Positions 8,545 through 17,568 of a stretch of DNA of 32,000 nucleotides are shown here, one piece after another (position 1 is the stretch's first letter; every line of letters starts with the position of its first letter). This DNA comes from Candidatus Saccharimonadota bacterium. Its GTDB lineage: Bacteria; Patescibacteriota; Saccharimonadia; Saccharimonadales; UBA4665. A model generated the notes under the pieces. It had not been told where the DNA came from. It saw only the letters and a list, made by a program, of their open reading frames with translations, and made no database searches. Where the stretch lies: NCBI GenBank assembly GCA_002952755.1, contig CP025011.1, positions 840,001 to 872,000 on the forward strand, given 5' to 3'. A program made the translations under genes and the position numbers.

Positions 8545-9396
8545 TTAGGCCTCTGGCCCCTTGCGCGCGTAATACTGCATGTCGAGCCATCGACTCTCGT
8601 TGATTTCAAATCGATCCGCTGTCAGTACGCGTGCTCCGGCCGATGCCAGCAATGTGCGCACTTGCTCTGGCGGCATGCAGTGCATCTCCATGGGCGCTGG
8701 GTATCGCAGCACTAACCGCTGTCCTGTTGCTAGCACCCAGCGTGGCGCCCACCGAAACAGCATTCCTCTCATAGTCCAGGCTGTACTGGCAGGAATGTGG
8801 AATACCGCAATCCCACCTGGCTTGAGCACCCTGATGAAATCTGTCAGATAGACTTGACTGAACCGAACCGGCATATGCTGCAACACCATACTACTGTAGA
8901 CAAAATCGAAGGAGTCGTCGTCAAACATCGCTAAATCAGCGCGTTCATTGCGCACGAACCGGCACCATTGCCTCTTCGCCTCCTCCTCAGCAGCCGCACG
9001 TGCCAGCGCCAGCATCCGTTCACTGACATCAACCCCAACCACTTCGTCGAATCGTTCAGCTAGAGGAAAAGTGAGCCGACCAACTCCACACCCAAAGTCC
9101 AGCGCTCGCTCGCGCTTAGGCTCCAGCCCCAACTCGATAGCTCTTCTCAGCACGGTCGCAATCTCTTGCTCACCGGTCGCATAGAAGGCGTCACGGTCCC
9201 ACCGGTTACCCTTCTTGCCTGGCTGTGCACAAACCGCCCACAAAGGATCCTCGCTGGCCAAGCGATTCCACGCCTCGCTGATTTGCTCTAGCCTCGCAGA
9301 CATCAACGCACGCCTATTTGTAACAGAAAAAATGATCTCCCCCATCCGGCTGTAGGCAAGGTCAGTATCGACGATCCGTCCATCAAAGCTCGCCAC
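8545..9396 (-). CDS. Class I SAM-dependent methyltransferase
   Basis: 283 aa. Shows motif I ALDFGCGVGRLT, VGVDVSERML, FDFVYSSMVLQHM and KPGGIAVF. GC is visibly higher than in the neighbouring genes. Confidence 0.85.
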   Translation of the reverse strand: MASFDGRIVDTDLAYSRMGEIIFSVTNRRALMSARLEQISEAWNRLASEDPLWAVCAQPGKKGNRWDRDAFYATGEQEIATVLRRAIELGLEPKRERALDFGCGVGRLTFPLAERFDEVVGVDVSERMLALARAAAEEEAKRQWCRFVRNERADLAMFDDDSFDFVYSSMVLQHMPVRFSQVYLTDFIRVLKPGGIAVFHIPASTAWTMRGMLFRWAPRWVLATGQRLVLRYPAPMEMHCMPPEQVRTLLASAGARVLTADRFEINESRWLDMQYYARKGPEA

Positions 9397-9750
9397 GCCG
9401 ACACGAACAGGGAAGAGTTGGATATTTTAAAAAAATCGAAGCGACCAGTTTTAATGGATACTGAAACTGCATACGCGGGAGTATATACCAATGGAGCCCA
9501 TTTCAAAACCCTTATGCATATCGCTACATTACCGCTGCTTATTATCTTAGCAACATACGATCCAGAGATACATGAGATAAAAAAGTGCGACAAGGCAGGA
9601 GGAGCTGTTGAGCTTGGTCAGCCTGAGCTCTAAGACTCATTTATATATGATTAGGCCTGAAGTTTTTGAATTGGTACATGGCAAAGGTAACCGTTGCAAG
9701 GGAGTACGCGCTTGCGTCACTTCACTCTGCCGGCAGCTAGAGAGAAGACC

Positions 9751-10269
9751 CTACTCCCCAATCTGAACTGGCTCCCAAGGGGGCCGGATATTCTCCAGGC
9801 GCTGCTGAGAGATTGAACTAAAATATGTTTTGTCTGGAATAATATTATTGGGATCGTACTCATATGACACTATCTCACCAAATCCAATAGCAGCGTCAGG
9901 ATTACCATCTCTTGCGCGGCCAATGAGAGGCTCGCTCCCAACTACTATCAGTCCACGGTAGGGGACGTTGTACTCTTGGAGCGTTTGATCAATAAACTGT
10001 CCAAAATGGCGAACCCCGTTTACCTCGGAGATGCCAGCGGCCGTCACACGCTTACTATGGAGTATTGTTGGAATATTAAGGCGCCTTGCAATAATCGCTC
10101 CGAACTTGGTTGCTCTTTGCATAGTAGCGACAAGGATTAACGCATCTCTCCCCAGTTCTCTGCCCAGTAGGAAATCAGCTGCCGCTAGGGCTTGTTCCTC
10201 ACCCAAGTCAGTTAATTTTCCATGTACGTCACACTCACCATGCCGCATAGCATATATAAGCTTGCTCAT
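9751..10269 (-). CDS. Histidine phosphatase family protein (SixA-like)
   Basis: 172 aa. N-terminal YAMRHGE (RHG catalytic motif), LTDLGEEQA, and a size typical of the SixA branch. Confidence 0.7.
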   Translation of the reverse strand: MSKLIYAMRHGECDVHGKLTDLGEEQALAAADFLLGRELGRDALILVATMQRATKFGAIIARRLNIPTILHSKRVTAAGISEVNGVRHFGQFIDQTLQEYNVPYRGLIVVGSEPLIGRARDGNPDAAIGFGEIVSYEYDPNNIIPDKTYFSSISQQRLENIRPPWEPVQIGE

Positions 10270-10342
10270 ATTCTTATTTTGTAGTAATCGGCGTTGTTCC
10301 GCAACTATAATGTACGTATCTTTCTTCTTTAAAGTAATCAGG

Positions 10343-10616
10343 CGTTTTTCAACAGAGGCTCATCCCCGCAGCAGCGGAGGGGACTGGCATGATCGGAAGT
10401 GTTGAGTCCAGGGACAACGGGCCTGGTAGTTTCTCACCGGCAGGCGAAAGCGTCTACAAGGCCAATGGCTTGTACAGCGCACGCCGCGCCCATATGACTG
10501 GCAGCAACATGCTGGTCGGCAGCTCGTGCGACGGCCTTTGCCACCGGCGACTATGCCTCGGGTGCTTGTATCCTTTGAATAACCACTACGTAGTGAGCAG
10601 CTGTTAATTTTTTTAC
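10343..10616 (+). other. GC-rich island: either an unassigned structured RNA or a small Cys-rich ORF (10389-10607)
   Basis: Hand counts give 58%, 60% and 67% G+C for lines 10381-10440, 10441-10500 and 10501-10560. The flanks are AT-rich. There are many short GC hairpins, and GAGGC (about 10345) can pair with GCCUC (about 10555) to close the element. It ends in TTAATTTTTTT. It also contains a 72-codon ORF with GGAGG 8 nt before the ATG. Confidence 0.3.
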
Positions 10617-10784
10617 ACTCATTTCAGCCGATTTTCTATATAATAGTATACATTAGGTTAAAGTCGCGCTTCGCCTTAAGTTCATCAACAAGCAGGTAGG
10701 TTGCTCCTGGTATTTAGCCGCATCTTCGATGTCCTCAAGACATTTAATAATTAATATAAATAAGCACAGTTTAGGGGGGATACT

Positions 10785-12389
10785 ATGCAAACAATACATC
10801 TTATGGGAACTGCGGCTACACGGCTCCGTGCAATACTCATCGGCCTCGCGGTTGTAGTAGTCCCGCTACTACCCATAGCGCATAGCTCTGCGGCATCCTC
10901 GGGAGTGGCGTCATCTATAGTTTGGCAAGCCGACTGCGCGCAGCTCGATCCAAACGCAGTCGCCAGCCAACAATGCGGTACAATACAAGTTCCTCTCAAT
11001 TACAACGACCCATCTGGGCGCAAAATCACCGTGGCCGTGTCTAGGGTCGCAGCCGCTGAGCCAAGCCAACGTCGCGGCGTGCTCGTGATGAACCCGGGCG
11101 GACCAGGAGGGCCTGGTCTGGACTTGCCCTCTCAGTTTAGTCAGATTATGCCTCAAAGCGTGCTTAACCAATATGATTTAATTGGCTTTGACCCGCGAGG
11201 CGTCGGACAAAGCACACCTGTCTCCTGCGGCTTAACCAGCGATCAAGCTTCACAAGCGTTAGTACCGCTCACCCAAAATCATAGCTTTAGTGATACTGCT
11301 TCGTTTATGAAAATGGTTGCAGACAAATGTGCAGCAACCTCCGGGGATTTGTTACCGTACATTACCACGAATAACACTGCACGCGATATAGATCAAATCC
11401 GTCAAGCGCTCGGCGAGCAAAAGATTTCGTACTTTGGCTATTCGTATGGCACTTATTTAGGCTCAGTCTATACCTCTTTGTTCCCGCAACGGAGTGATCG
11501 TTTTGTCTTAGATAGCTCGGTTGATGCTAATTGGGTATGGCGAGAGCAGTTCCGCTCATGGAAGCTGGCTGACTACAGCCGATTCTCAGATTTCGCAAAA
11601 TATCTAGCAGCCAACGACGCCACATACCATTTAGGTAGTTCCGAGAGCCAAATCAATGCCAAATTCTTTGAGCTCGTTAACAAATTGAGGACCTCCCCAG
11701 TTGCAGTATTCGGTATTACGCTTAACGACACGATGTTCCGTGAACTTACCTTCTCAGTTCTTTATAACGATGCCGATTTCGCAATTGGTGGCCAAATTTG
11801 GCAAGTGGCAGATGGGCAAACCGCCAGCAGTGCACTTAAAAGCGCAGTCGCTTCGTTGCAACCTATCGCCCAGGCCACAACAGTTCCGGTAGACAATAGC
11901 GGAGCATCAGCGCTGGCCGTACTGTGTGATGATACGGCCTGGTCTCGGTCGCCCCTCCAGTATCAAGGGGAACTGACGCTGGACAAGTTAATATCACCTA
12001 AATTCGGCGAACTTGGTTCTAACATATGGCCCTGTGCCTACTGGCACTACCAGCCGGGGGAGCAAACAACCGCCATTAACCCCGTTGGACCGACTAACAT
12101 ACTCATGATCCAAAACCTGCGCGACCCCGCTACACCCTACGCGGGCGCTCTGGAAACACGCACGCTTTTCCAGGACCGGGCTCGCCTGGTAAATGTTGAC
12201 CAAGGGGGTCATGGTGCGGCATATCTGGCTGCCAACCAATGTGCAACAGACGCCGTTAACACTTATCTCGCTAGCGGTACTTTGCCAGCCCACGATACTA
12301 TTTGTGCTGCTCAAAGGGGAACCGCGCTGGCACCGCAAGATTCCAGCAAACAGCAAGCTATCGAGAAACTTCGCAGGCTCGTACACTAA
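10785..12389 (+). CDS. Secreted alpha/beta-hydrolase peptidase (tripeptidyl aminopeptidase / Tap-like)
   Basis: 534 aa. Shows an N-terminal signal-like segment (LIGLAVVVVPLLPIAHSSAASS), NPGGPGG, nucleophile elbow GYSYGT, and a C-terminal GGHG. RBS GGGGGGA precedes the ATG. Confidence 0.8.
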   Translation: MQTIHLMGTAATRLRAILIGLAVVVVPLLPIAHSSAASSGVASSIVWQADCAQLDPNAVASQQCGTIQVPLNYNDPSGRKITVAVSRVAAAEPSQRRGVLVMNPGGPGGPGLDLPSQFSQIMPQSVLNQYDLIGFDPRGVGQSTPVSCGLTSDQASQALVPLTQNHSFSDTASFMKMVADKCAATSGDLLPYITTNNTARDIDQIRQALGEQKISYFGYSYGTYLGSVYTSLFPQRSDRFVLDSSVDANWVWREQFRSWKLADYSRFSDFAKYLAANDATYHLGSSESQINAKFFELVNKLRTSPVAVFGITLNDTMFRELTFSVLYNDADFAIGGQIWQVADGQTASSALKSAVASLQPIAQATTVPVDNSGASALAVLCDDTAWSRSPLQYQGELTLDKLISPKFGELGSNIWPCAYWHYQPGEQTTAINPVGPTNILMIQNLRDPATPYAGALETRTLFQDRARLVNVDQGGHGAAYLAANQCATDAVNTYLASGTLPAHDTICAAQRGTALAPQDSSKQQAIEKLRRLVH

Positions 12390-12403
12390 TACCACTAAAA
12401 CCT

Positions 12404-12431
12404 CTATGCGAGCGCAGGTCTCCTCGCATAG
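12404..12431. terminator. Hairpin between convergent genes, a candidate terminator
   Basis: CTATGCGAG-(10 nt)-CTCGCATAG forms a perfect 9-bp stem. On the minus strand it is followed by AGGTTTTAG. It lies between the stops at 12389 (plus) and 12514 (minus). Confidence 0.5.
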
Positions 12432-12513
12432 ACAACTCCTCTTCATTGGACGTTAAGGCAATGAGTGATCTGAATAACCTCATCTTTAACGGCAGGTAGA
12501 TCTGAAGATTTAA

Positions 12514-12888
12514 CTATCGTTCGCGATGGGATGCAGTAGCGGGGTGGGGGCTGCTAAGTTTATGCTGAATCTGAGCGGCTAATTCAGCTAGATGGGTCTG
12601 TTTAGTTTTAATCTCCTCTAGCTTGGCTCTCAGTGCTGCACGACCAGTGGCAGTGTTAAGAGTCCCGGCCTGGTATGCTTCAGCCAACGGCTTCATCTCT
12701 GACAACTTAAAACCTAAAGATTGCATAGTCTTGATGCCCTTTATCATCTCGACAGCTTCTTCGTCGTATACAGCATATTGTGCTGATCCTGCATTTTCGT
12801 ATGTGCATTGGATAAGACCATACCGAGTATACAAACGAACCGCATCCTTACTGACGCCACTGAGTCGCGCAACTTCACCTATCTTCAT
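12514..12888 (-). CDS. MerR family transcriptional regulator
   Basis: MKIGEVARLSGVSKDAVRLYTRYGLI is the MerR HTH, followed by a C-terminal coiled coil. The track start at 12960 adds an implausible extension that would overlap the divergent gene, so ATG 12888 is preferred. Confidence 0.85.
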   Translation of the reverse strand: MKIGEVARLSGVSKDAVRLYTRYGLIQCTYENAGSAQYAVYDEEAVEMIKGIKTMQSLGFKLSEMKPLAEAYQAGTLNTATGRAALRAKLEEIKTKQTHLAELAAQIQHKLSSPHPATASHRER

Positions 12889-12912
12889 AAAAATCTTCTT
12901 GACTATTGACTT

Positions 12913-13782
12913 ATGTCTATAGTTTACCGTTACGGTATGAAAGATACAAGACAGCCACACACCAAAGTCATACTAATAACCGGTTGCGCCACAGGAGTAG
13001 GGCATGCTACGGCGCTCGCATGCGTAAGGGCAGGGTATATTACCTACGCTACCGGCCGTAATCTTAAGGAACTACGCGATCTCGCCGCGGCCGGCTGCCA
13101 CACGCTTGAGCTCGACGTAACAAGCGAAAACTCACGCGTCCAAGCCGTGCAAGCCATTCTGGCAAAACATAAAACAATAGATATCTTAGTTAATAACGCA
13201 GGATATGGCCAAATGGGTGCGATCGAATTGATCAGCTTGGACCAGATCCGTCGGCAGTTTGAAACGAACGTATTTGGAGTGTTGCGCCTGTGCCAGTTGG
13301 TAATGCCCCGCATGCGTCAATCGGGCAAGGGCACCATAGTAATCGTCGGCTCCATGGGGGGACTTGTCACGACGCCGTTTATGGGAGCGTACCATATGAG
13401 CAAATACGCAGTTGAATCACTGGCCGATGCCCTGCGTCGTGAAGCAAGTGGTTTTGGAATACGAACCATCTTACTGGAACCAGAAGCAATTAAATCAAAT
13501 TTTGGAAATACGACTCTTGCTTCTGTGAGCAGGGGAGATACTCCTTATACAGAAACGCAGAAGCGTATTAGTCAGATAACCGCCAAATCATATATGAGCC
13601 CACGCTTACTTACACCAGAGCGCGTTGCAGACAAAATTATTAAAGTTACGGCTAGTAAACACCCGAAAGCCAGATATCGTATCGGCGTGCAGGCACACAT
13701 TATGCCAGCGCTCTTTCACATTATGGGAGACCGCCTAACCGATAAACTGTGGCATAACATCATAAAGCCAAAAAACGGATAA
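12913..13782 (+). CDS. Short-chain dehydrogenase/reductase (SDR)
   Basis: Shows ILITGCATGVGHA (TGxxxGxG), NNAG, and YHMSKYA (YxxxK). The start may instead be ATG 12937. Confidence 0.9.
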   Translation: MSIVYRYGMKDTRQPHTKVILITGCATGVGHATALACVRAGYITYATGRNLKELRDLAAAGCHTLELDVTSENSRVQAVQAILAKHKTIDILVNNAGYGQMGAIELISLDQIRRQFETNVFGVLRLCQLVMPRMRQSGKGTIVIVGSMGGLVTTPFMGAYHMSKYAVESLADALRREASGFGIRTILLEPEAIKSNFGNTTLASVSRGDTPYTETQKRISQITAKSYMSPRLLTPERVADKIIKVTASKHPKARYRIGVQAHIMPALFHIMGDRLTDKLWHNIIKPKNG

Positions 13783-13864
13783 AGCACTTAGTCCATACCA
13801 ATTAATTTTCCAGTAGCAGAATTCGAGGTAAAACCAATACTTCAAATGGAGGCGTACTAGCCGT

Positions 13865-14344
13865 CTAGCGATCTTTTCCCACCGTAATCGAAGCCATCTC
13901 GTCAATATGCCAGGACTGTACTGCCGTAAGTGGCAACTTCTGCCCGGAGCGATAGTCGTCAATAGCTTTGAGGATGGTGGGCGCTCGAAGCTTGCCAGCT
14001 TTCCCGAGTGCAACAATTTGCTCATAGGTTAGTGCTTCAATGACGTCATGCTCATCTGAGTGAAAAACAGTATCACTTGGGGTGCTACCAGCAAATATAG
14101 TGAACAATACATTACTGCCAGTAGCAATAACGGTTTGGTATATTCCCACCAGACATTCAAGTGTTATAGCTGCACCAGTTTCTTCTTTGGCTTCACGGGT
14201 TATGCATTCGATGAGGTCTTCGCCGACTTCAAGTGTACCGGCTGGCAGATTGTACAACTCTGCTTTTTCGTGGCGCACTTCTTTAATGAGGACGAAGTTG
14301 TCGCCTTGCGTGAGGATAAGACCGGCGCCAATGAAAAAGGGCAT
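13865..14344 (-). CDS. NUDIX hydrolase
   Basis: Nudix box GTLEVGEDLIECITREAKEETG. ATG 14344 (MPFFIGAG) overlaps the upstream TAA by 1 nt (TAATG) and has GGAG upstream, so I prefer it to the track start at 14371. Confidence 0.85.
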   Translation of the reverse strand: MPFFIGAGLILTQGDNFVLIKEVRHEKAELYNLPAGTLEVGEDLIECITREAKEETGAAITLECLVGIYQTVIATGSNVLFTIFAGSTPSDTVFHSDEHDVIEALTYEQIVALGKAGKLRAPTILKAIDDYRSGQKLPLTAVQSWHIDEMASITVGKDR

Positions 14345-14613
14345 TAGTTTTGTCTCCGTTTCATCCACCATTGTTTCAGATCACCTACAACCAGCGTTGA
14401 AAGCAAGAAGCCCGTCGGCGGCACAAGGGCATCAACAAAAGGCTTGCTGCTGCCAATGGCAAACAAGAATAGTACCACCACAATATAGGTTACAAACATA
14501 ATAACCGACTTACGAACCAGACTACCTTCCCAGGCTTTATCCATTTCGACCCTTTTGTTGCGAGCTTCGAGAGCAGCGATGCGACTCTTAAGTTGTTCGA
14601 GTTCAGATTGCAT
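14344..14613 (-). CDS. Small protein with an N-terminal coiled coil and two hydrophobic spans
   Basis: 89 aa. Reads ELEQLKSRIAALEARNKRVE, then two TM-like segments. No family recognised. Confidence 0.55.
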   Translation of the reverse strand: MQSELEQLKSRIAALEARNKRVEMDKAWEGSLVRKSVIMFVTYIVVVLFLFAIGSSKPFVDALVPPTGFLLSTLVVGDLKQWWMKRRQN

Positions 14614-14749
14614 GGCGTAAGTATACTTTATAACGGCGGCTAATTGCTAATACTGCTAGCAGGCTATCTAGTTTTGGGCCGATCTTTAAACAATCCGGCT
14701 GTTATTTGACTCGTAGTCAAGTAGAAAGATTATGAGAATGGGTGGGGGG

Positions 14750-15277
14750 TTATAAGTTGCAGGCCCGTAATATGTCATCCACTACTTTATCAAGAGGTCG
14801 GCGTACATCAATAATCACTGCGCCGTAATCTCTGTAACGATCCTGAAATGAGTCATGCCAGCCTAGGATGCTCTCAAGTTCATCGGGCGCCTTGCCAAAA
14901 TCATGATCAGTACGGCTGGCGATTCTATGTCGCAGTGTTTGCTTGTCGAGAACAAGACATATCACTGTATCGTACAAATCCAGCATGTCATCGCCATTTT
15001 CAGGTGAGCCGCATAAAAAGATAGGTTTGTTTTTGGCACGTTCGGCAAACTCCTCAGCCTTCTGTCTCGACATTTGCCATTCGTGTTGCTCGTACCATTC
15101 TTTCGTACGGCTATTTTCGTCTTCTGAGCGTTCAATCGGTTTGCCGGTTGCCTTGTCAAACCAGGTTGTAATGCCGTCGTCATCTGTGTCGTGGGCTTCG
15201 TAGCCGCGACGCTGTAATTCTTTACGCACTGTGGACTTGCCAGCTCCTGAGTTGCCGGTGATATAAATGAGAGGCAT
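14750..15277 (-). CDS. P-loop NTPase / small-molecule or nucleotide kinase-like protein
   Basis: MPLIYITGNSGAGKST is a Walker A motif. ATG 15277 has GGAGG 9 nt upstream and overlaps the upstream TAA (TAATG). Confidence 0.75.
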   Translation of the reverse strand: MPLIYITGNSGAGKSTVRKELQRRGYEAHDTDDDGITTWFDKATGKPIERSEDENSRTKEWYEQHEWQMSRQKAEEFAERAKNKPIFLCGSPENGDDMLDLYDTVICLVLDKQTLRHRIASRTDHDFGKAPDELESILGWHDSFQDRYRDYGAVIIDVRRPLDKVVDDILRACNL

Positions 15278-16017
15278 TAAATTACCTCCACCTCGGCCCA
15301 AACTGGCAAATGATCTGAATATTCGGTCTGCAGAATCTCGCTCCGTAGTACATTTACGTCTGTACTAGCAAAGATATAATCCAGCCGCCAGTTGAGTTCT
15401 GTTTCTTCAAAGCCGTTGTACGAGAATGGTTTTGTTGTCCAGGTCTTTTGGCTGAAGTCCGGGCCTGCGTGCTGGAGAAGCTTTTGAACTTTTTGAAGTG
15501 TTGGTGAGTCCGGTGTAACATTAAGATCACCCGTAAAAATGAAGTTGTGCTGCTTGGATTTGAGAATAGCTGCGAGCTTGTCAGCTTCTTGCTCTTTACG
15601 TGGGGTATTCACAAACCTGTCGGTGTAGGACATATGCGTCGTGCCGACGGTAAGCTGGTGCGTATCATCAATTTGCAGTGTCATTTCAATGTAGCTACGG
15701 TATTCGTCGTCAAAGCCGTTCGTGCCTACGGGTTCATTAATGTAGTGGAAACACTTATCTACTATGGGGAATCTGGCGAAGATGGCGTTGGCCTGAAGCC
15801 AAGAACCATCTGGTAAAGGCATACCTTGCCCGTAGTGCCGGTAGCCAAGTGTACGAGCGATATACTCAACAGTATCGGGTTCGTTCTGCTGATAACCATT
15901 GGTAAGCTCTTGCAAGCAAATGATGTCTGCCGGATGTGCTTTTAAGAATGCGGCAATATTACGGATATCTTCTTTGTACCAGATATTCCACTGCAGGATT
16001 GAGATAGTTTGACTCAT
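15277..16017 (-). CDS. Endonuclease/exonuclease/phosphatase (EEP) family protein
   Basis: 246 aa. Shows ILQWNIW...ADIICLQE, GDLN and SDHLPV, which are EEP catalytic motifs. Confidence 0.85.
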   Translation of the reverse strand: MSQTISILQWNIWYKEDIRNIAAFLKAHPADIICLQELTNGYQQNEPDTVEYIARTLGYRHYGQGMPLPDGSWLQANAIFARFPIVDKCFHYINEPVGTNGFDDEYRSYIEMTLQIDDTHQLTVGTTHMSYTDRFVNTPRKEQEADKLAAILKSKQHNFIFTGDLNVTPDSPTLQKVQKLLQHAGPDFSQKTWTTKPFSYNGFEETELNWRLDYIFASTDVNVLRSEILQTEYSDHLPVWAEVEVI

Positions 16018-16580
16018 AGTAAACTCTCCAATTCTTGCTTTGCTTGCTCAAACGATCGGTACTGAACTGCTTTCATTCCAGTCGTAACAGCAGCATCACA
16101 ATTGCTCTTTACATCGTCGATCATGACCGCCTCGTCTGGTTCAACACTCAACTTATCGCAGGTCAGTTTAAATATCTCCGGATCGGGCTTAGCGTAGCCT
16201 GTACTGCCAGAGAGAACTACAACATCAAATAGGTCACTTCTTTCTTGCTCAGTAAAGAACCCCTCCATCATGTCGGCACCGATATTGCTAAGCAGCGCGA
16301 TCTTGTAGCCTTTGCGTAGTTCTTTTACGTAAGCGACCAATTCGTCGTTACGAACATGACCTTGGAAAAAGCGGTCTTCGATTTCTTGGGGAGTCAGCCC
16401 GAGTAATTCGCTCGCCTGCGTGATAAGGCCAGCCTTTGACAGTGTACCGCGTGCAGCTTGCTCGTCTAGATTATGCAAGGCTTCAGCTTTATCTTTTGGT
16501 GAACGCGGGTCGCGCATATAGGCAAAGACCGGATCAACGTAAAAGACTCCGAAGCAATCGAAGACGAGGGCTGTAATCAT
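16014..16580 (-). CDS. HAD superfamily hydrolase
   Basis: 188 aa. Shows LVFDCFGV (motif I region), LLSN, KPDPEIF and IDD. Confidence 0.8.
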   Translation of the reverse strand: MITALVFDCFGVFYVDPVFAYMRDPRSPKDKAEALHNLDEQAARGTLSKAGLITQASELLGLTPQEIEDRFFQGHVRNDELVAYVKELRKGYKIALLSNIGADMMEGFFTEQERSDLFDVVVLSGSTGYAKPDPEIFKLTCDKLSVEPDEAVMIDDVKSNCDAAVTTGMKAVQYRSFEQAKQELESLL

Positions 16581-16891
16581 TTTAATTCTACCTGAATCGT
16601 TTGCACTTCATTAGTGCCAATGTTCTCAACAGCATGGGAGATTTCAGGTGATGATGTAACCTGTCCTTCCTCTAAATCTACGTCCGCTACGGTACCATCT
16701 GGCTTAATAAAACGAAGCCTACCAGAAGAAAGAATGTAATTGATATTTTCGGGGTGCCAATGCATGTTAGCCTTATCACCGGGTCGAACAGTTACCCTCA
16801 GTACGCGCATCTTGTCGTTTTCAAAAATGACTTTGTGAAGATGCGGCGCAATGCTGACTGCATCGTCAGTGTGGTCTGATATATTACTCAC
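16577..16891 (-). CDS. Cupin domain protein
   Basis: 104 aa. Shows HWHPE.. and a second His-containing strand. GTG start within a GTGA overlap. Confidence 0.7.
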   Translation of the reverse strand: MSNISDHTDDAVSIAPHLHKVIFENDKMRVLRVTVRPGDKANMHWHPENINYILSSGRLRFIKPDGTVADVDLEEGQVTSSPEISHAVENIGTNEVQTIQVELK

Positions 16892-17568
16892 TGTTTAATT
16901 TCCTTTTCCCACGACAAAGCCTGCACTTCTTCAATGAGTGCTTTTGCGAGTCCACTATGCGCTTCCTGACTAAAATGAATCCCGTCGTCTCCGGCATGAG
17001 CTACTTGAGCGGTGTCAACGAAGGAACATTCCATGTTGCTTGCCACTCTTTGTAGCTCAACGCTCAGCGCTTGTGACTTTAAGGCTGATTCGTGGTCGTA
17101 GAAGTCTGGCACATAGAATTTAGCAAAGGTTGGTGCTTGATCATCAACCAGGATAGGACTAACCAGTATTATCTTTGCGGGGTTGCCATCACCTTGCGCT
17201 GTTTTGCGTTGGATGATTGCAATAAGCCCCTCGATAGCTTCCGCAATATCCTGAACACTTCGATTAAATTCAGTCTTTAAATCATTTGTTCCAAGCATGA
17301 GGATGACCATGTCGAGTGGCATATGACTATCCAGGCAGGGTTCAAGGTAGGTTTTACCGTTGCGGCCTGGTTCGCGATCGTAGTCCAGATCAGTTGTGCG
17401 GCCGCTGAGTCCTTCTTCGATAACGTAGTAGTCTTCGCCTAAAGCTTGTTGCAATAGCCCTGTCCAACGAACGTTGGCGGGAAAACGGCCAGATTTATCT
17501 GGCTTTTGGCCCCAGGTGTTGGAGTCTCCGTAGCAGAGGATGGTTTTGGGGGTAGGGTTGGTGATCAT
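16888..17568 (-). CDS. SGNH/GDSL hydrolase (esterase/lipase-like)
   Basis: 226 aa. Shows block I ILCYGDSNTWG, block III GTND, and block V DGIHF. Confidence 0.85.
   Translation of the reverse strand: MITNPTPKTILCYGDSNTWGQKPDKSGRFPANVRWTGLLQQALGEDYYVIEEGLSGRTTDLDYDREPGRNGKTYLEPCLDSHMPLDMVILMLGTNDLKTEFNRSVQDIAEAIEGLIAIIQRKTAQGDGNPAKIILVSPILVDDQAPTFAKFYVPDFYDHESALKSQALSVELQRVASNMECSFVDTAQVAHAGDDGIHFSQEAHSGLAKALIEEVQALSWEKEIKQ

Noticed and set aside
9418-9633. A 71-aa plus-strand ORF (TTG start) and an overlapping 96-aa minus-strand ORF in the 9397-9750 intergenic region.
   Set aside because: No RBS, an atypical start and no motifs. The region is AT-rich and more plausibly holds the promoter of the 9396 operon and the 3' end of the 9751 gene.
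10343-10616. Attempted identification of the GC island as RNase P RNA, tmRNA, SRP RNA, 6S RNA, or a TPP or cobalamin riboswitch.
   Set aside because: The conserved blocks I know are absent on both strands. These are GGAAAGUCCGGGC and ACAGAAnCCGGCUUA (RNase P); the 5' GGGG..UUCGAC, the tRNA-like 3' end and an ..ALAA-type tag (tmRNA); GUCCGGAAGGAAGCAGC (SRP); CUGAGA..ACCUGAUCUGGAUAAUGCCAGCG (TPP); and the B12 box. The element is therefore left unassigned.
12889-12936. A search for a classical MerR operator: a dyad inside a promoter with a 19-bp spacer, between MerR and the SDR gene.
   Set aside because: Only a weak 5-bp inverted repeat (ACTAT..ATAGT) is present. The TTGACT copies do not sit 19 bp from a convincing -10 that would precede the SDR start codon. 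No operator is claimed.
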